Source of the DNA: Geosiphon pyriformis uo1
Lineage: Eukaryota > Fungi > Glomeromycota
Length of the DNA: 64,000 nucleotides
Reading direction: 5' to 3'
Assembly (NCBI GenBank): GCA_016748015.1
Contig: JAAOMT010000219.1
Span: 351,617 to 415,616 of the forward strand
In this document: positions 52,480-64,000 of the stretch, piece after piece
Numbering within the stretch: position 1 is the stretch's first letter
Layout: each line of letters starts with the position of its first letter
Position numbers and translations under genes: made by a program
The notes under the pieces: model-generated
What the model was told of the DNA's origin: nothing
Database searches by the model: none
What the model saw: only the letters and a program-made list of their open reading frames with translations

Positions 52480-52830
52480 GTAATTATTATATGTAATATA
52501 TAAAAACTATTATTTTTAACTATAATATTATTATTATTTTTTAATATACTTGGAAAAATAATTAAGAATTTTTTGTTTATAGATAAAAATTTGTTATATA
52601 AAAAACAATTAAAACTTTATAATTATCTTAATAAAATTATAGAAAACAATTAAAGCTTTATAGTTATCTTAATAAAATTATAAAAAACATAAAGCTTTTA
52701 AAAAAAACAACTTTAAAAATACAAGTAAAAATTTTGAAAATTATATAATTAAATATTTTAAAAATTTTAATTATTGTTAAAAAATTCAAAACTCTTATAC
52801 AAAAATTTAATTTCTTAAATATAAACTATT

Positions 52831-55125
52831 TTTTTAAAAAACTCTTTGTCTTCTTAATTTTATGACCATGACTAAAGCAAAGAGTAAAAAAGCTGCACCT
52901 GATATCTGTCCTGAAATATCTAATAAAATTTCAATCAGAAGAGCTCTTTCTGTTATAGAAGCAACTAGGCAAAATGTTTTAGAAGCCTTTTCCCTACCCA
53001 GTAATCGTGATAAGCTGTCTTTGGTAGCCACTGAAGCAACTTCCTCATCTTTGGCTGGTTTTTCACCAGTCAAAGTTCTCTCAAAGAAACACACTTGGGT
53101 CAGTCTCAGTTTTGTCTCCACCCCGACTAAGAGCCCAAAAGTTTTTAATAATAGACCAGTAAATAAGCTAGTCTTTCCCTCTATAGATTCAACACCTGGT
53201 GCTTCTAGCACCACTTCTTTAAAAAAAATGGTCAAAAAGACTAAGAGTTCAAAAAAATGGGGGCTGTTGTTTACCTCTGCTATTGTTACACCGAATCCCT
53301 TTGTGGTTCCTAATAAGATCTTAAATGAGATCTCCATAGTATCATCCAGCACGTCATCCAAGATGGACTTAGATCAACCGCTGGCTGTGTTGTCAAATGT
53401 GGTGTCTTCTAGCAGATCTTTGCCAGTTCTGGAAGCAAAACAATCTCCTCCTGTTAGGTCACCTGTTCTTGAGAACTGGGCTGATCAAATAGAAACTGAA
53501 TCATCTCCTCCTTCTGTTTCTGGTGCTACTTCTAGTGGTGTCTGGGAAACTATTACTAATCATTAAAGATTTGCTGAGTGGGTGGCCTCCACTCTGGTGC
53601 CTGGAGCTACTTTTAAAATCAAATTGGCATATGTTAGGGCTGTTTTTCAGTCAGTACATGGTTTTTTGGGTGTGAAGTCAGTGTTAAGAAACAATGTGAA
53701 GCTGTTTTGTATGGAGTTTGCTTCTCAAGTGTTTTTGGAAGCTGCGTTTTTAGTTGAGCTTACAAGCTCTGTACATTTGGCCACCCTCAAAATTGCCAAG
53801 TCTTTGGTAATTTCTGAGTCTGGTTCCTCTTCTGCTGCTATTGCACTGTATGATGTGCCTTTGGGTGTGTCTGCTGCTAATATTAAGACAGCTTTTGGTG
53901 TGTTTGGTAGTGTCACTTGTGTTGTGCTGAAGCCTGCTAGTGTTTGGCAGTACATGGTGGTTTATTTTGAAAAATTGGATTCTGCTGTGTCTGCTTTAAA
54001 TCATTGGTCAGTTTTGGTGGACAAGGATAGTATTAGAATCCTCCCTCTGGTAAATCAAAATAAAACTATTTTGTCTTATGATAAGTTTAAGGCCAAGTTG
54101 GTCAATCTTCCTTCTGGATGCACCACTTTTAAGATTAGTAATATGATTTCTCAAGTTAGTAGTTGGACATGTTTTATCCTTCATTCTTCTGAGTCTGGTT
54201 GTTGTTCCTGGTTTGCTTTGGTTACATTTAATTCTTAAGCTGATTTGAATTCTGCTATTGTCAAAACTGGTACACCAAGGAAATGCCATATTTGGTGGGA
54301 AACCTCTGGTTGTCAGTGGTGTTTCAGATGTTAAGAAGTGGGCCATTTGGCTGTTGACTGCAAAGTTTTTCCACCTCCCCCTTCTAAGGCTCTCAAGGTA
54401 TTCAAACCATATTTTGTTGGTTCTTTGTCTTATGCTAAGGCATCTGCTCCCCCTGTTATATCTGAATTTCCTCTTTTGGTGGCTTTCATCTTTCCTGTAG
54501 TTGTTGTTAATTCTGCTCTTGGGTCCAGATTGGACTCTTTAAAAAAGCATGTTTTGGATTTGGCTGCTTTGGTAAAGTCTATTGTTGAGCCTATTAGATC
54601 TTTGGTTGCCTTGGTATCTCATCTTTTTAATAATAATGCTGTTAAGACTGTTTAGGTTGAGAAAGATATTCTTTCTATAAAATATGCTTCTAACAATTTT
54701 GCCAATCTTCTGGTTGGTATGTCTAAAGATATTGCTTGTCTTAGATCTGAAGTTGACTTTGGTGGCATGGATTATGATAATATACAGACTGCCAAATCTT
54801 CTTTATTAAGTGAAGACACTGTTGAACATGTTGTTGCTTTGTGGTGAATGTCGGGTGCTAAGGTTAGAAGTAGTGTTGAATCAACTAGATTGTTTCTTAG
54901 TGAGTTTATTTTTGATTCTAGGAATCTGAATGGTGTTATTGAAATAATTTGTGGGTTGGAGTTATTCTCACCTTCTAGTGTTTTAGTGTAGTGTGTTTTT
55001 AACTGGTCTGAGTGGCTGGTCACGTGTAAAAAACACATGATTAGCACCTAATTTAGATTGATTCTTTGATGTATTGTTTTAGGTAGCTTTTGGGCCTTGT
55101 TCATTAAACTATAATAAAAAAAAAA
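52831..55125 (+). mobile_element. ORF1-only non-autonomous non-LTR retroelement (HAL1-like), copy 1
   Basis: Single ORF1-like frame followed directly by the LINE-type 3' tail and poly(A); no ORF2; degenerate TSD. Confidence 0.85.
52862..54991 (+). pseudogene. ORF1p-like protein (709 codons; RRM-like domains, CCHC knuckle, coiled coil)
   Basis: Track ORFs 52862, 53582 and 54338 share one frame; about 5 C>T stops; CFRC*EVGHLAVDC; homologous to LINE-1 ORF1. Confidence 0.85.
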
Positions 55126-55181
55126 TATATATAAAATTTATTTTATTTTAAATTTTATATATTTTATTAATAAAAAATTAT

Positions 55182-57450
55182 CATATATTGTAACAAATCT
55201 TTTTTGTTTTCTTAATTTTATGACCACAATCAGAACAAAAGTAAAAAGGCTACAATCATCACATTTTCTATAATAACTAATAAAATTTCAACACAAAAAG
55301 ATTTTTTTATTATTGAAGCAACTAAACATAATATTTTGGTTATATTTTTTTTAGTTATTGATAGTAATAAGCTGTCTTTGGTGACCACTAAAGCATCTTT
55401 CTTATTTTTAACTGGTTTTTTATCTGTCAAAGTTCTTTCAAAGAAACACACTTAAATTAGTTCTAATGTTGTCTCTATCCCTTCTAAGAGCTTAAAAATT
55501 TTTAATAACAGACTAGTTAACAAGCTAGTCTTTCTTATTATAGCTTTTATACCTGGTGCTGTTAATACCATTTCTTTAAACAAAATAGTCAAAAAGACCA
55601 AAAATTCAAAAAAGTGGAGGCAGTCACTTGTTTCTACTATTGTTATACCAAATTTTTTTGCGGTTTTTTCTGAAATCTTAAATGAAATCTTTAATGTTTC
55701 ATTTGGCATATTATTTAAGATAAACCAAGATTAACCACTGGCTGTATTACCAAATATAGTGCTTTTTAACAGATTTTTACCAGTTTTAAAAGCAAAGCAA
55801 TCATCTTTTATTGGGTTACCTGTTCTTGGAAACTGGACTAATTAAATGAAAACTGAATTATCTTTTTTGGTTTTTGGTGCTGTTATTAATAGTGCTTGAA
55901 AAACTATTACTAGTTGTTAAAAATTTATTGAATAAGTGGTCTTTACTTTAATATCTGATAATACTTTTAAGATCAAATTGGCTTATGTTAAGACTGTTTT
56001 TCAGTTTATACATGGTTTTTTGGATACAAAGTTTAAAAAACAATATAAAGCTTTTCTGTATGGAGTTTGCTTTTCAAAGTTCTCTGAATGCTGCATTTTT
56101 GGTTGAATTTGCAAGTTTTATCTGTTTTGCTACTCTTAAAATTGTTAAGTTTTTGGTAGTTTTTGAGTCTAATTTTTTTTCTACTGCTATTATGCTGTAT
56201 AATATGCCTTTGAGTGTATTTGTTGCTAATATTAAGTTAGTTTTTGGTGTCTTTGGTAAAGTTTTTTATGTTGTGCTAAAGTCTGTTGGTATTTGGCAAT
56301 ACATAATTGTTTACTTTAATGAATTAAATGCTACTATATCTGTTCTTAATTACTGGTTAGTATTGGTGGACAAAAATAGTGTTTAGATTTTTTTTTTTGT
56401 GAATCAAAAAGAGACTATTCTGTTTTATAACAGGTTTAGAGCCAAGTTGGTCAATTTTTTTTCTAACTATACTGCTTTTGAGATTAGTAATATAATTTTT
56501 CAAGTTGGTGGTCAAACTTGTTTTATTCTTTATTCACCTAATTCTGATTATTGTTTTCAGTTTGCTCTGGTTATATTTGACTTTCAAGTTGATTTGAATT
56601 CTACAGTTGTCAAAACTAGTATACTAAAAAGGTGCTGTATTTGGTAAAAAACTCCTGGTTGTTAGCATTACTTTAGATGCCTAAAATAAGTCATTTGGTT
56701 GTAACTTGTACAGTTTTTTTATTTCTTTTTCTTATAATTCCCAAAATGTTCAAATCACATATTGTAGATAATGTTTTTTATACTAAGATCTCTGCTTATT
56801 CTGATTTTTTTGAGTTTTCTTCTTTAACAGCTTTTGTTTTTCCTTCTGTGATTGTTAATAATTTTCTGTTTTTTTTTTTGGCTGGTGTCTCTAAAATCTG
56901 ATTTGGTTAAGTTGTCAGTTTTAATTAAATTAATTATTAAACTTATTGGTATCTTAGTTACTGTGTTTAAACATTTTATTAAGAATAATCTTATTTTAAG
57001 CAGTATTTTTAGTTTAAAAGTCAATAAACTTATAGTTTATCTGAATTTTTTTAGCAAAATTATTGGTAAGTTGGAAAGTAAAGTGGTTTCTTTAAAAAAA
57101 AAGTGCTATATAGACAATATAATTATGTTTGTTAATTTAAAGTGTTTAATTAATATAAATGATAATATGTTTTCTAATTTGATGTCTCTTTGAACATATA
57201 AGCCTAAAACTGACTCTTTAAAGACAGCTGAATGGCTGATTAAATTGGTCTTTTATAGTATTACTCTATTTGATATTATTCAAAAAATGTCATCTTTGGA
57301 TAAGTTTTCTTCTGTTGCATTAACTTAGTATAGCCTAAACTGATTTAAGTAGCTGGTTACATATAGAAAGCATATAAACTACATTTAGTTTAGAATACTT
57401 AGTTGTTCTAAAATACTAAGTAGTAATTGGATCATACTTATTAAATAAAA
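55182..57450 (+). mobile_element. ORF1-only element, copy 2 (more decayed, divergent C-terminus; ORF ~55220-57328)
   Basis: Collinear with copy 1; 13-bp TSD AATAAAAAATTAT (55169-81) / AATAAAAAACTAT (57451-63); same 3' motif and A-tail. Confidence 0.82.
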
Positions 57451-58469
57451 AATAAAAAACTATTAAACTAATTAGTTTTAAATTAAATAAAATTTTATAA
57501 TTAAAATAGTTTATAAAAAGTTTAATTTTATTAAAACTTAATTTTTTTGGAAAAAATGATATTATAATTAAAAACCATAGTTTTTATTAATTATTATATA
57601 TATTAGTTATTGATATTATATAATTAATTACTTTATTTTTAGATAATAACTTAATTAATTAATTTAATTATTAATTATTTTAAATAACTATATAAACAAT
57701 GAATTTTTTAATTGTAGAAAAACATATAAGAAATTAAAGAAATAAAAATTACTTTTAAATATTTAATTTTTTTATATTATTTATTTTTTTCTTTTAATTT
57801 TTTTAAATATTTAAATATTTATAAATAAAAAATTATTTATTGGTATTTTTATATCTTATTTTTTTTAATTTGTATAACTATTAATCTTGAATATTATTAA
57901 ATAATTATTTGCTAAAAAATACAATTAATATTTAATATTAAATTTTAAGAATATTAATATAAAACATAAAATTATATTAATATATTATTTTTTGTTAATA
58001 ATATAACTATTTTTCTATCTTTAGATTTTTTTGTTACTTTCCAAAAAAACAATAACTAAAATATATATAAAACTAATTTTACACATTAAATTTTTATTAA
58101 TTTATTTTATTTTTTAAAATTAATTATTCTTTAATTAATTTTATTATTATACAATTTTGTTTTTTTTGCTATTTGTTAACTTTTTACTTCAATTTGTAAT
58201 AATATTATGATGTTTGCTATTATTATATTATAGTGTTTATTGCTATTATAAAATAATATTTATTATTAATATTATTTTGTAATTGTTATTATGTAAATTA
58301 TTATTATTATAAAATTATTATTGTATTATATTATGATTAAATAATTTTTTATTACATTTTATGAGGTCCAAACACTACCTAGGGTTATATACCAAAGAAA
58401 TGATATAAACTAAGTGTAAATCATGTTTTTCCTACACGTGACCAGCCACTTGGGCCAATCAGGACAACA

Positions 58470-61400
58470 CTATACAGTTATATGTACCGAAACAGAATCA
58501 TCGACACCAGAAAAGAAAGAACATTGTTTATGAAAGCCAAAACAAACACCAAGAGTCTCAGCCATACCAAGTAGCCTAACAATGCCAGCCGAAAACCTAG
58601 AAGCCGAGCCAGGGACTGAGATAGGAACCAAACCATCAAGTGGGATGAGATTATTTTTTTCCATAAATGCACAATGCTTAACCCTAACCAACCAAATATC
58701 ATTCCTAAAAGCAAAACTAAGGGAACGCACAAACTCAACAATTTTCGAACTAGCAGCCTTGTGACATTTGAAAACAGAGATAGCTTCACAAAGCCACTCA
58801 ATAAAAACAAACTCTTTAGAGAGAGCCGTAAATACAGAAACATCAGAGGCACAAGAAAACAGCAATTGCAGCATGCAGGAAGAAAAGAGAGACAGGCCAG
58901 AAAGCACTATTCAAGATTTTGAACATGTATCCAGTATCTGGAGACGTGCAGAGACATCAGCCTTGTAAGAAAAAACATAATCTGATGTCTCCACCTCACT
59001 ACAATATAAGCACAATATGCTGGGGTATCTTCTGTCATACAAGCGTTTACGAACAGCAACAGACAGCCAGTGGTGCAATGCCTTCATAAGAAAACTGCAT
59101 GCATCTGCTGTGGGCTTGCTGGTGTGGCCAGCAGCCATGTGTGAATCAGGATGCCATACCAGTAAAGAGCAGAACCAATTTATGTCCGCGAACAAACTGG
59201 CAGACAGAAATTTAGAACCAGAACCAATCTCTCAGTGCACATGACTAACAGAACAAAAAATATTGTGAACAAAATGCCTAGAATTGCCAGAAACAGCCCC
59301 ACCGTCTGCCAGCAAAAAGCGCACATGCAATTGGGAAGGAAGAAACCAGCCTGAGTGAGAAGAAGCCCCAGCTATAGCATCAGTATGTTCATTTCCAATC
59401 ACACCAAAGTAATCTTTCACTTTGTGCCATTCAACTATCAAATTTTTGCCATGAATAATGTTTACAATATGCTGGTGTTTGACCCAACAACAATTGTAAA
59501 AATTCAGACGCACCATACCCAATTCCGACTTGCAGGCATTCAAAGCAGCTTGACTGTCAAAGAACAGATGAACACAACTAGAACAGAGGACACACTCCAG
59601 TGCCAGCGCAATAGCCTGCATTTCCACCAACATAAAAGACAGCAGACCCAAAACTCCAACGCCCAAACCCAGATCAATGTCACTGAAAAAAACACCAGCC
59701 CCAGCCATGCAATTCTTGGTACCTAGGTTTGTCAGAGACCCATCTGTATAAACAGAAATGCTACTAGGAAGAACTTGGGAAAGCTGATTACAAACCAACA
59801 CAAAGCCAGGAGAGGCAAGAATACTCTAAAGACTCACACCAGCCAAAGCAGGAGAAGGGGCACGAGGAGAAGACGTATCAGACAGGAACTCAACAGAAAG
59901 CGTGAACCACTCAGGGGTTGGGCCACGGGGGTCCAACCTCTTCCACCACTTGAATTTGTACCAGTCAAACACGACTCCATGATGGTTATGAAGTTGGTCA
60001 ACAAAGGCGATGCCATACCGTCAGAGTGAGGGAAAGAACTTGACAAATTTAGACTCACTGAGAACAGTAGACATGGGTACCCCACCACAAAGCCGAAATG
60101 GACTACCAAAAGACCCACTCAAAGATAAGTTGCAATCGAGAAGAACACAAACAGCACCCACTAAGAAGTTATTCAAAGGGCTGACTCATACACAAACAGA
60201 AACACTCAAAGAATAAATAGGGTGCCAGCTCGAAACCTGTAAGTCATGAGACCTGTAGGAGAACAGACAACCCAGGATTTCCACTGAGTTTGCAAAACAA
60301 ATAAGGGAAGCAACCTTACTTTTTGATTGAATCTGGGCAAAAAATTTCAACCTATAGAATGAAGGATGATGGATCATGTCACTGGGAAAATCAAGAGGCA
60401 ATCCAGACTTGGATTTCAAGCCCCTATGAATCAAAGCATCTCACTTATTACACACACTGACAGGAACAAAACTAAACTGAGTTCTATAACTGATGATGGG
60501 GTGGAGAACAGCTAACACTAAATAAAGAAATTGTTTGTCTGATACGGCTTTTCTTAAAACCAAGTTGACAAAAAAACGAACATCTGAATAGGCTTTTGCC
60601 AGGCTGGGCTTCGACAGTCCCTCAGAAAACACGAAGATACCCAGATAACGATGAGATTTGCCTGGCTTAGCTATAGAAATAGGGGATCCACTGATGAAAA
60701 GAGAAGGTGCACTAACACGGCTATTAATTGGAATGACCACTGTCTTATCATTATTAATTAAAATATCATTGATGCAGAAGAACTCACTAGCCACATCAAG
60801 AATGTGTTGAGTGGCAGTCTGACTGCTACCCACCCAGATCATATCATCCACAAAAGCGTCTACAGCGAAGAAAGACGACAAACCAGCCTAAGACTCCACA
60901 TGGCCCATCTTAGCAATGAAATGAGAATTTAACCTGTAACTACACACACTCTCCTGCCTCTTAACTTCACACAAGAGAGGATCATAAAATATACACCAAA
61001 GAAGAGGCAAAAACACCTCCTCTTGGTCCAAGCCATTGTGTACATGATAACCATTTGTCAACCCAAAATCAGTCATAACCCAGTTTGTACGACCACCATA
61101 AATATTCTCAATGATCTTAATAAACTGGCAGCACATTTTTATCCTAACCAAACTTTTCTTAAGATGGTCCCAACCGACCGAGTCATACGCTTTCTGCATG
61201 TCTTGTAAAACCAGCCAGAGCTCCCAGTTTTTTTCAAGAGCGTCCTCGATCACCGAACCAATCGCAAAAATGGGAGACTGAGTTGTAGTGTCTTTGAAAA
61301 TAGAAAAATTGTCCCCATGAAGAACGTCAAACTTGCTACATGCCAAAGAAATTCTATTAGAGAGAATCTTGGAAAGAATTTTTCAAGCCATCTCAATCAG

Positions 61401-63158
61401 AGCAATAGAACGAGTGTTTGTGAACACGCCCTCCCATTTATAAGGTTTAGGAATCATCAACACCCAGGCTTTCTTCCAAGCACCAGGCACAGACTCACTA
61501 CGAAGACAAGAATTAATAAGCACCAAGAGCATATCGAGAACAAATTTATTACAGTGCTTCCAAAGTTCATTGGAGATGTCTGAAAGATCAGCAGCCTTCC
61601 CATCAGGTAGGACAGAGACCACGCCAGACATCTCATCAAAACTAACACAGCTCATCACATCTAAAAAAGCACCATCAAACATGTAATCCAAAGACCGATA
61701 TTGGTTAGACCAATTCCCAGGAACATTAAGGGCCACACCATATTTACAAGTCCATCTCTCCATAATCTCATCCACTTTCTTTTTAACATGATCAGGTTCC
61801 AAATACAGCTCATCACCAACTACCAAATGATCCAAAACCACCTTGTGAAAAGGCCTCTCCAAGATGCTTCTAATAGTGTGATCTTTGTTAGATTCAAAGA
61901 TCTCCGTCCTTTTATCAACAGCAGATCTAATCTGCGACTCTTCAGCACATTTTGATTCCAATAACTTTGAGGCATGATAAGACTTCTTGGCTTTAGACAG
62001 AGCTAAACGAATGTTGTCAAAAGAAGACTTTGAGAGAAAAAGAGACCTTACCACAGCAGCACCAGCAGAATCAAGCGCTTCCCAAGTATCAAGCAGCGAT
62101 ACAAACACATCACAATTAACAGAACGGAAAGCTTTGACCAACTTGGACATTAAAAGTTTTAGCTTATGGAACCTGGACGAATGCTTAGTGAAAACGCCGT
62201 CATAACCTTTAAACCTTTTTTTCCTGAAAACTTCACTCGCTGAGAAACAGACAGTTTTTTGAACAGCATCTCACATCGCATCCAAATCCAACAGATCTCT
62301 GGCAGCCAAGAAATCATCAGAGAACATGGCAGCATTCACTGCTGTGGCCTCCCTGAATCTCAACCACAAGGCAACACTAGCATCCTTAAAATCGTACTTC
62401 CAACAATCCCTATTGGTCTGCTTGCGAACAGAACACAAATGCATATCCAAGAGACCACCTAAACCAATCGATGCAGAAATGGCTTGATGGTCAGTATCAA
62501 AGAAGTCGGACACATCCAGAATATCACGATCCACAATAGCATTGACCAAATTGGGAGATACAAAAAGATAATCAATTGTCTTCGTCACATCCCGGGAATC
62601 ACTCCAAGTTGGAACTTTCACAAACGGACTGCAGACAAGAGAGTTGACCAGACCCAAGCTACCACACTTCCTGAAACTGGCACTTCTACGCAAACCATTC
62701 TCATTGAAGTCACCACCTAAGACCACAAAGAATGATTTATTCACAGCACTAGCAATCATAGCATTCACGTCATCAGCCTGAAAGAAGCGCACTAAAGCCG
62801 ACGCACCAGCATACAGACCCAAAAAAGAAACCAAGAGTTTATTTCTAAAAAGCAATTTGACAGAAATAAGGCAACCAGGGACCTCAGAAACTTTGCACAT
62901 ATGCCTGGCCAGAGAATTGTTCATAATGATTGCCACACCAGAACCAAGATGACCAGAATTCAAACCGAAAATGAAGACCCGAACACCATCGAACTTGCTA
63001 GCAATCCAAGGCCGTACCTTATCTTTTAACTTTGTCTTAGTGACAATTGAAACTAAATTGTTCATATCTCTGTGCCAACGTATAATGTCCTCTTGCTTAG
63101 CTGAATTGTTCATTCCCCTGACATTACATGTGGCTATTTTCCATACTAAATCATTCAT
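58470..63158 (-). pseudogene. LINE-3 ORF2 (~1560 codons; EN-RT-RNase H-CCHC)
   Basis: WKIATCNVRGMN, GGDFN, DTDH; QDMQKAYDSV, AFVDD; VYTDGS, DSQA; CLYCSEVE. Eight track fragments fall in one frame. Confidence 0.95.
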
Positions 63159-64000
63159 CAGGTTGTAAAAGAGACCGCAGAACCCAAGCCAGCACATATC
63201 TGATCTAACTTCTCCAATACCAAACTAACTGAAGCTTCGAGAGCCACCAACTTTGATTCCAAGCAACCCACTTTCGAAGTCAGAACTTTCGAACTACTCA
63301 AACCCAAACTTGAGGTATCATAGGAAACCGAAGAAAAAAAAATAACCACAGAATCAGGTTCATCCAAAACCATATCCGAACCAAGTTTCATATTAACCAA
63401 ACCAGGAGCAGCCAAGGGCTGAGAAGAGGAATCGAAAGCCGAAAGCACCAAGCTTAAACTGTCAAGTTTGTCAATAATACCGGACACTTTATCCATGAGA
63501 AGTTTCAAAAAGCGCTCCAAAGAAGCAAGATGAGTTTCCAAAATCGAACCAACAGGATCCACGAGAGATGAGTTACCAACCAAACCTGAGGCGCCAGGAG
63601 AAGAGACAAAATCAGGACCAGAACCAAAGTAAGGACCATTAGATGAAGATGCTAGAGAGACAACCTGGGCCCATGATTTGCTGCCGAATGCAGCCAGTCT
63701 AGAAATAAGCACACTCTTTTTTGCATATAGCTTGGCCAACTGGAGGCAGGTTTCATCAGAGACAACTTTTTTAAATGATTTGGAAAGTTTAGGAGAATGT
63801 GAGACCTCAGCATCACACTCCAGAACTGAATGACCAAGTTTCCCACACCAGTTACACTGAACCAGATCCAATCTAGTCCAAGAAAGTTTCATCCCACCAA
63901 AAATAGGCTCCATATGAAATGCAGACTCCAAATCCTCATCATTCTCAAAACAAATTACAGCACAATGAATCCTATTGCCAGTGACTAAAGAACAATTAAT
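63158..64000 (-). CDS. LINE-3 ORF1 C-terminal part
   Basis: CNWCGKLGHSVLEC knuckle; coiled coil LASLERFLKLL; stop overlaps the ORF2 ATG. Confidence 0.85.
   Translation of the reverse strand: MNCSLVTGNRIHCAVICFENDEDLESAFHMEPIFGGMKLSWTRLDLVQCNWCGKLGHSVLECDAEVSHSPKLSKSFKKVVSDETCLQLAKLYAKKSVLISRLAAFGSKSWAQVVSLASSSNGPYFGSGPDFVSSPGASGLVGNSSLVDPVGSILETHLASLERFLKLLMDKVSGIIDKLDSLSLVLSAFDSSSQPLAAPGLVNMKLGSDMVLDEPDSVVIFFSSVSYDTSSLGLSSSKVLTSKVGCLESKLVALEASVSLVLEKLDQICAGLGSAVSFTT

Larger units (their letters stand above)
52528..58201 (+). mobile_element. Family A copy A8, decayed 3' remnant (ORF3, PPT, LTR 57560-58201) hosting two ORF1-only elements
   Basis: 52540-52830, 55126-55181 and 57451-58201 rejoin into a decayed version of 620-1652. 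Confidence 0.72.
58345..64000 (-). mobile_element. LINE-3: relatively young APE-type non-LTR retrotransposon with RNase H; 5' end beyond the window
   Basis: Poly(T), 3' UTR motif, complete ORF2 frame, ORF1 C-terminus. Confidence 0.95.

Noticed and set aside
52834-53361. Long antisense ORFs opposite TE coding regions (also 43655-44119, 59355-59726)
   Set aside because: Shadow frames of real TE ORFs with no independent motifs.
54992-55120. Hammerhead or HDV ribozyme in the 3' three-way junction
   Set aside because: The CUGANGA/GAAA/UH core is not correctly present and no HDV pseudoknot was seen.

Overview
Eukaryotic, AT-rich, repeat-dense DNA made almost entirely of nested transposable elements. 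I find no host gene, RNA gene or CRISPR array. The protein style suggests an early-diverging fungus (Glomeromycotina-like), which is inference only. Contents: (i) at least eight copies or remnants of Ty3/Gypsy family A, one full-length at 11679-19137 with GTAT TSD; (ii) family B remnants and a solo LTR; (iii) a young family D Gypsy (42112-50959, GTGG TSD, LTRs about 99% identical, gapped and partly mis-ordered assembly) encoding a Cys-rich module and a dUTPase between protease and RT; (iv) two further solo-LTR families; (v) a Tc1-like DNA transposon; (vi) three RNase-H-type LINEs; (vii) two ORF1-only poly(A) retroelements, one with a clear TSD, that share a structured 3' tail with the LINEs. 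The most notable observations are the Gypsy architecture (stand-alone integrase ORF, conserved unknown ORF3, dUTPase plus a degenerate dUTPase copy, TGTTA..TAACA ends, 4-bp TSDs), the HAL1-like ORF1-only elements, and a graded C>T/G>A hypermutation not limited to CpG. All alignments, counts and folds were done by eye.
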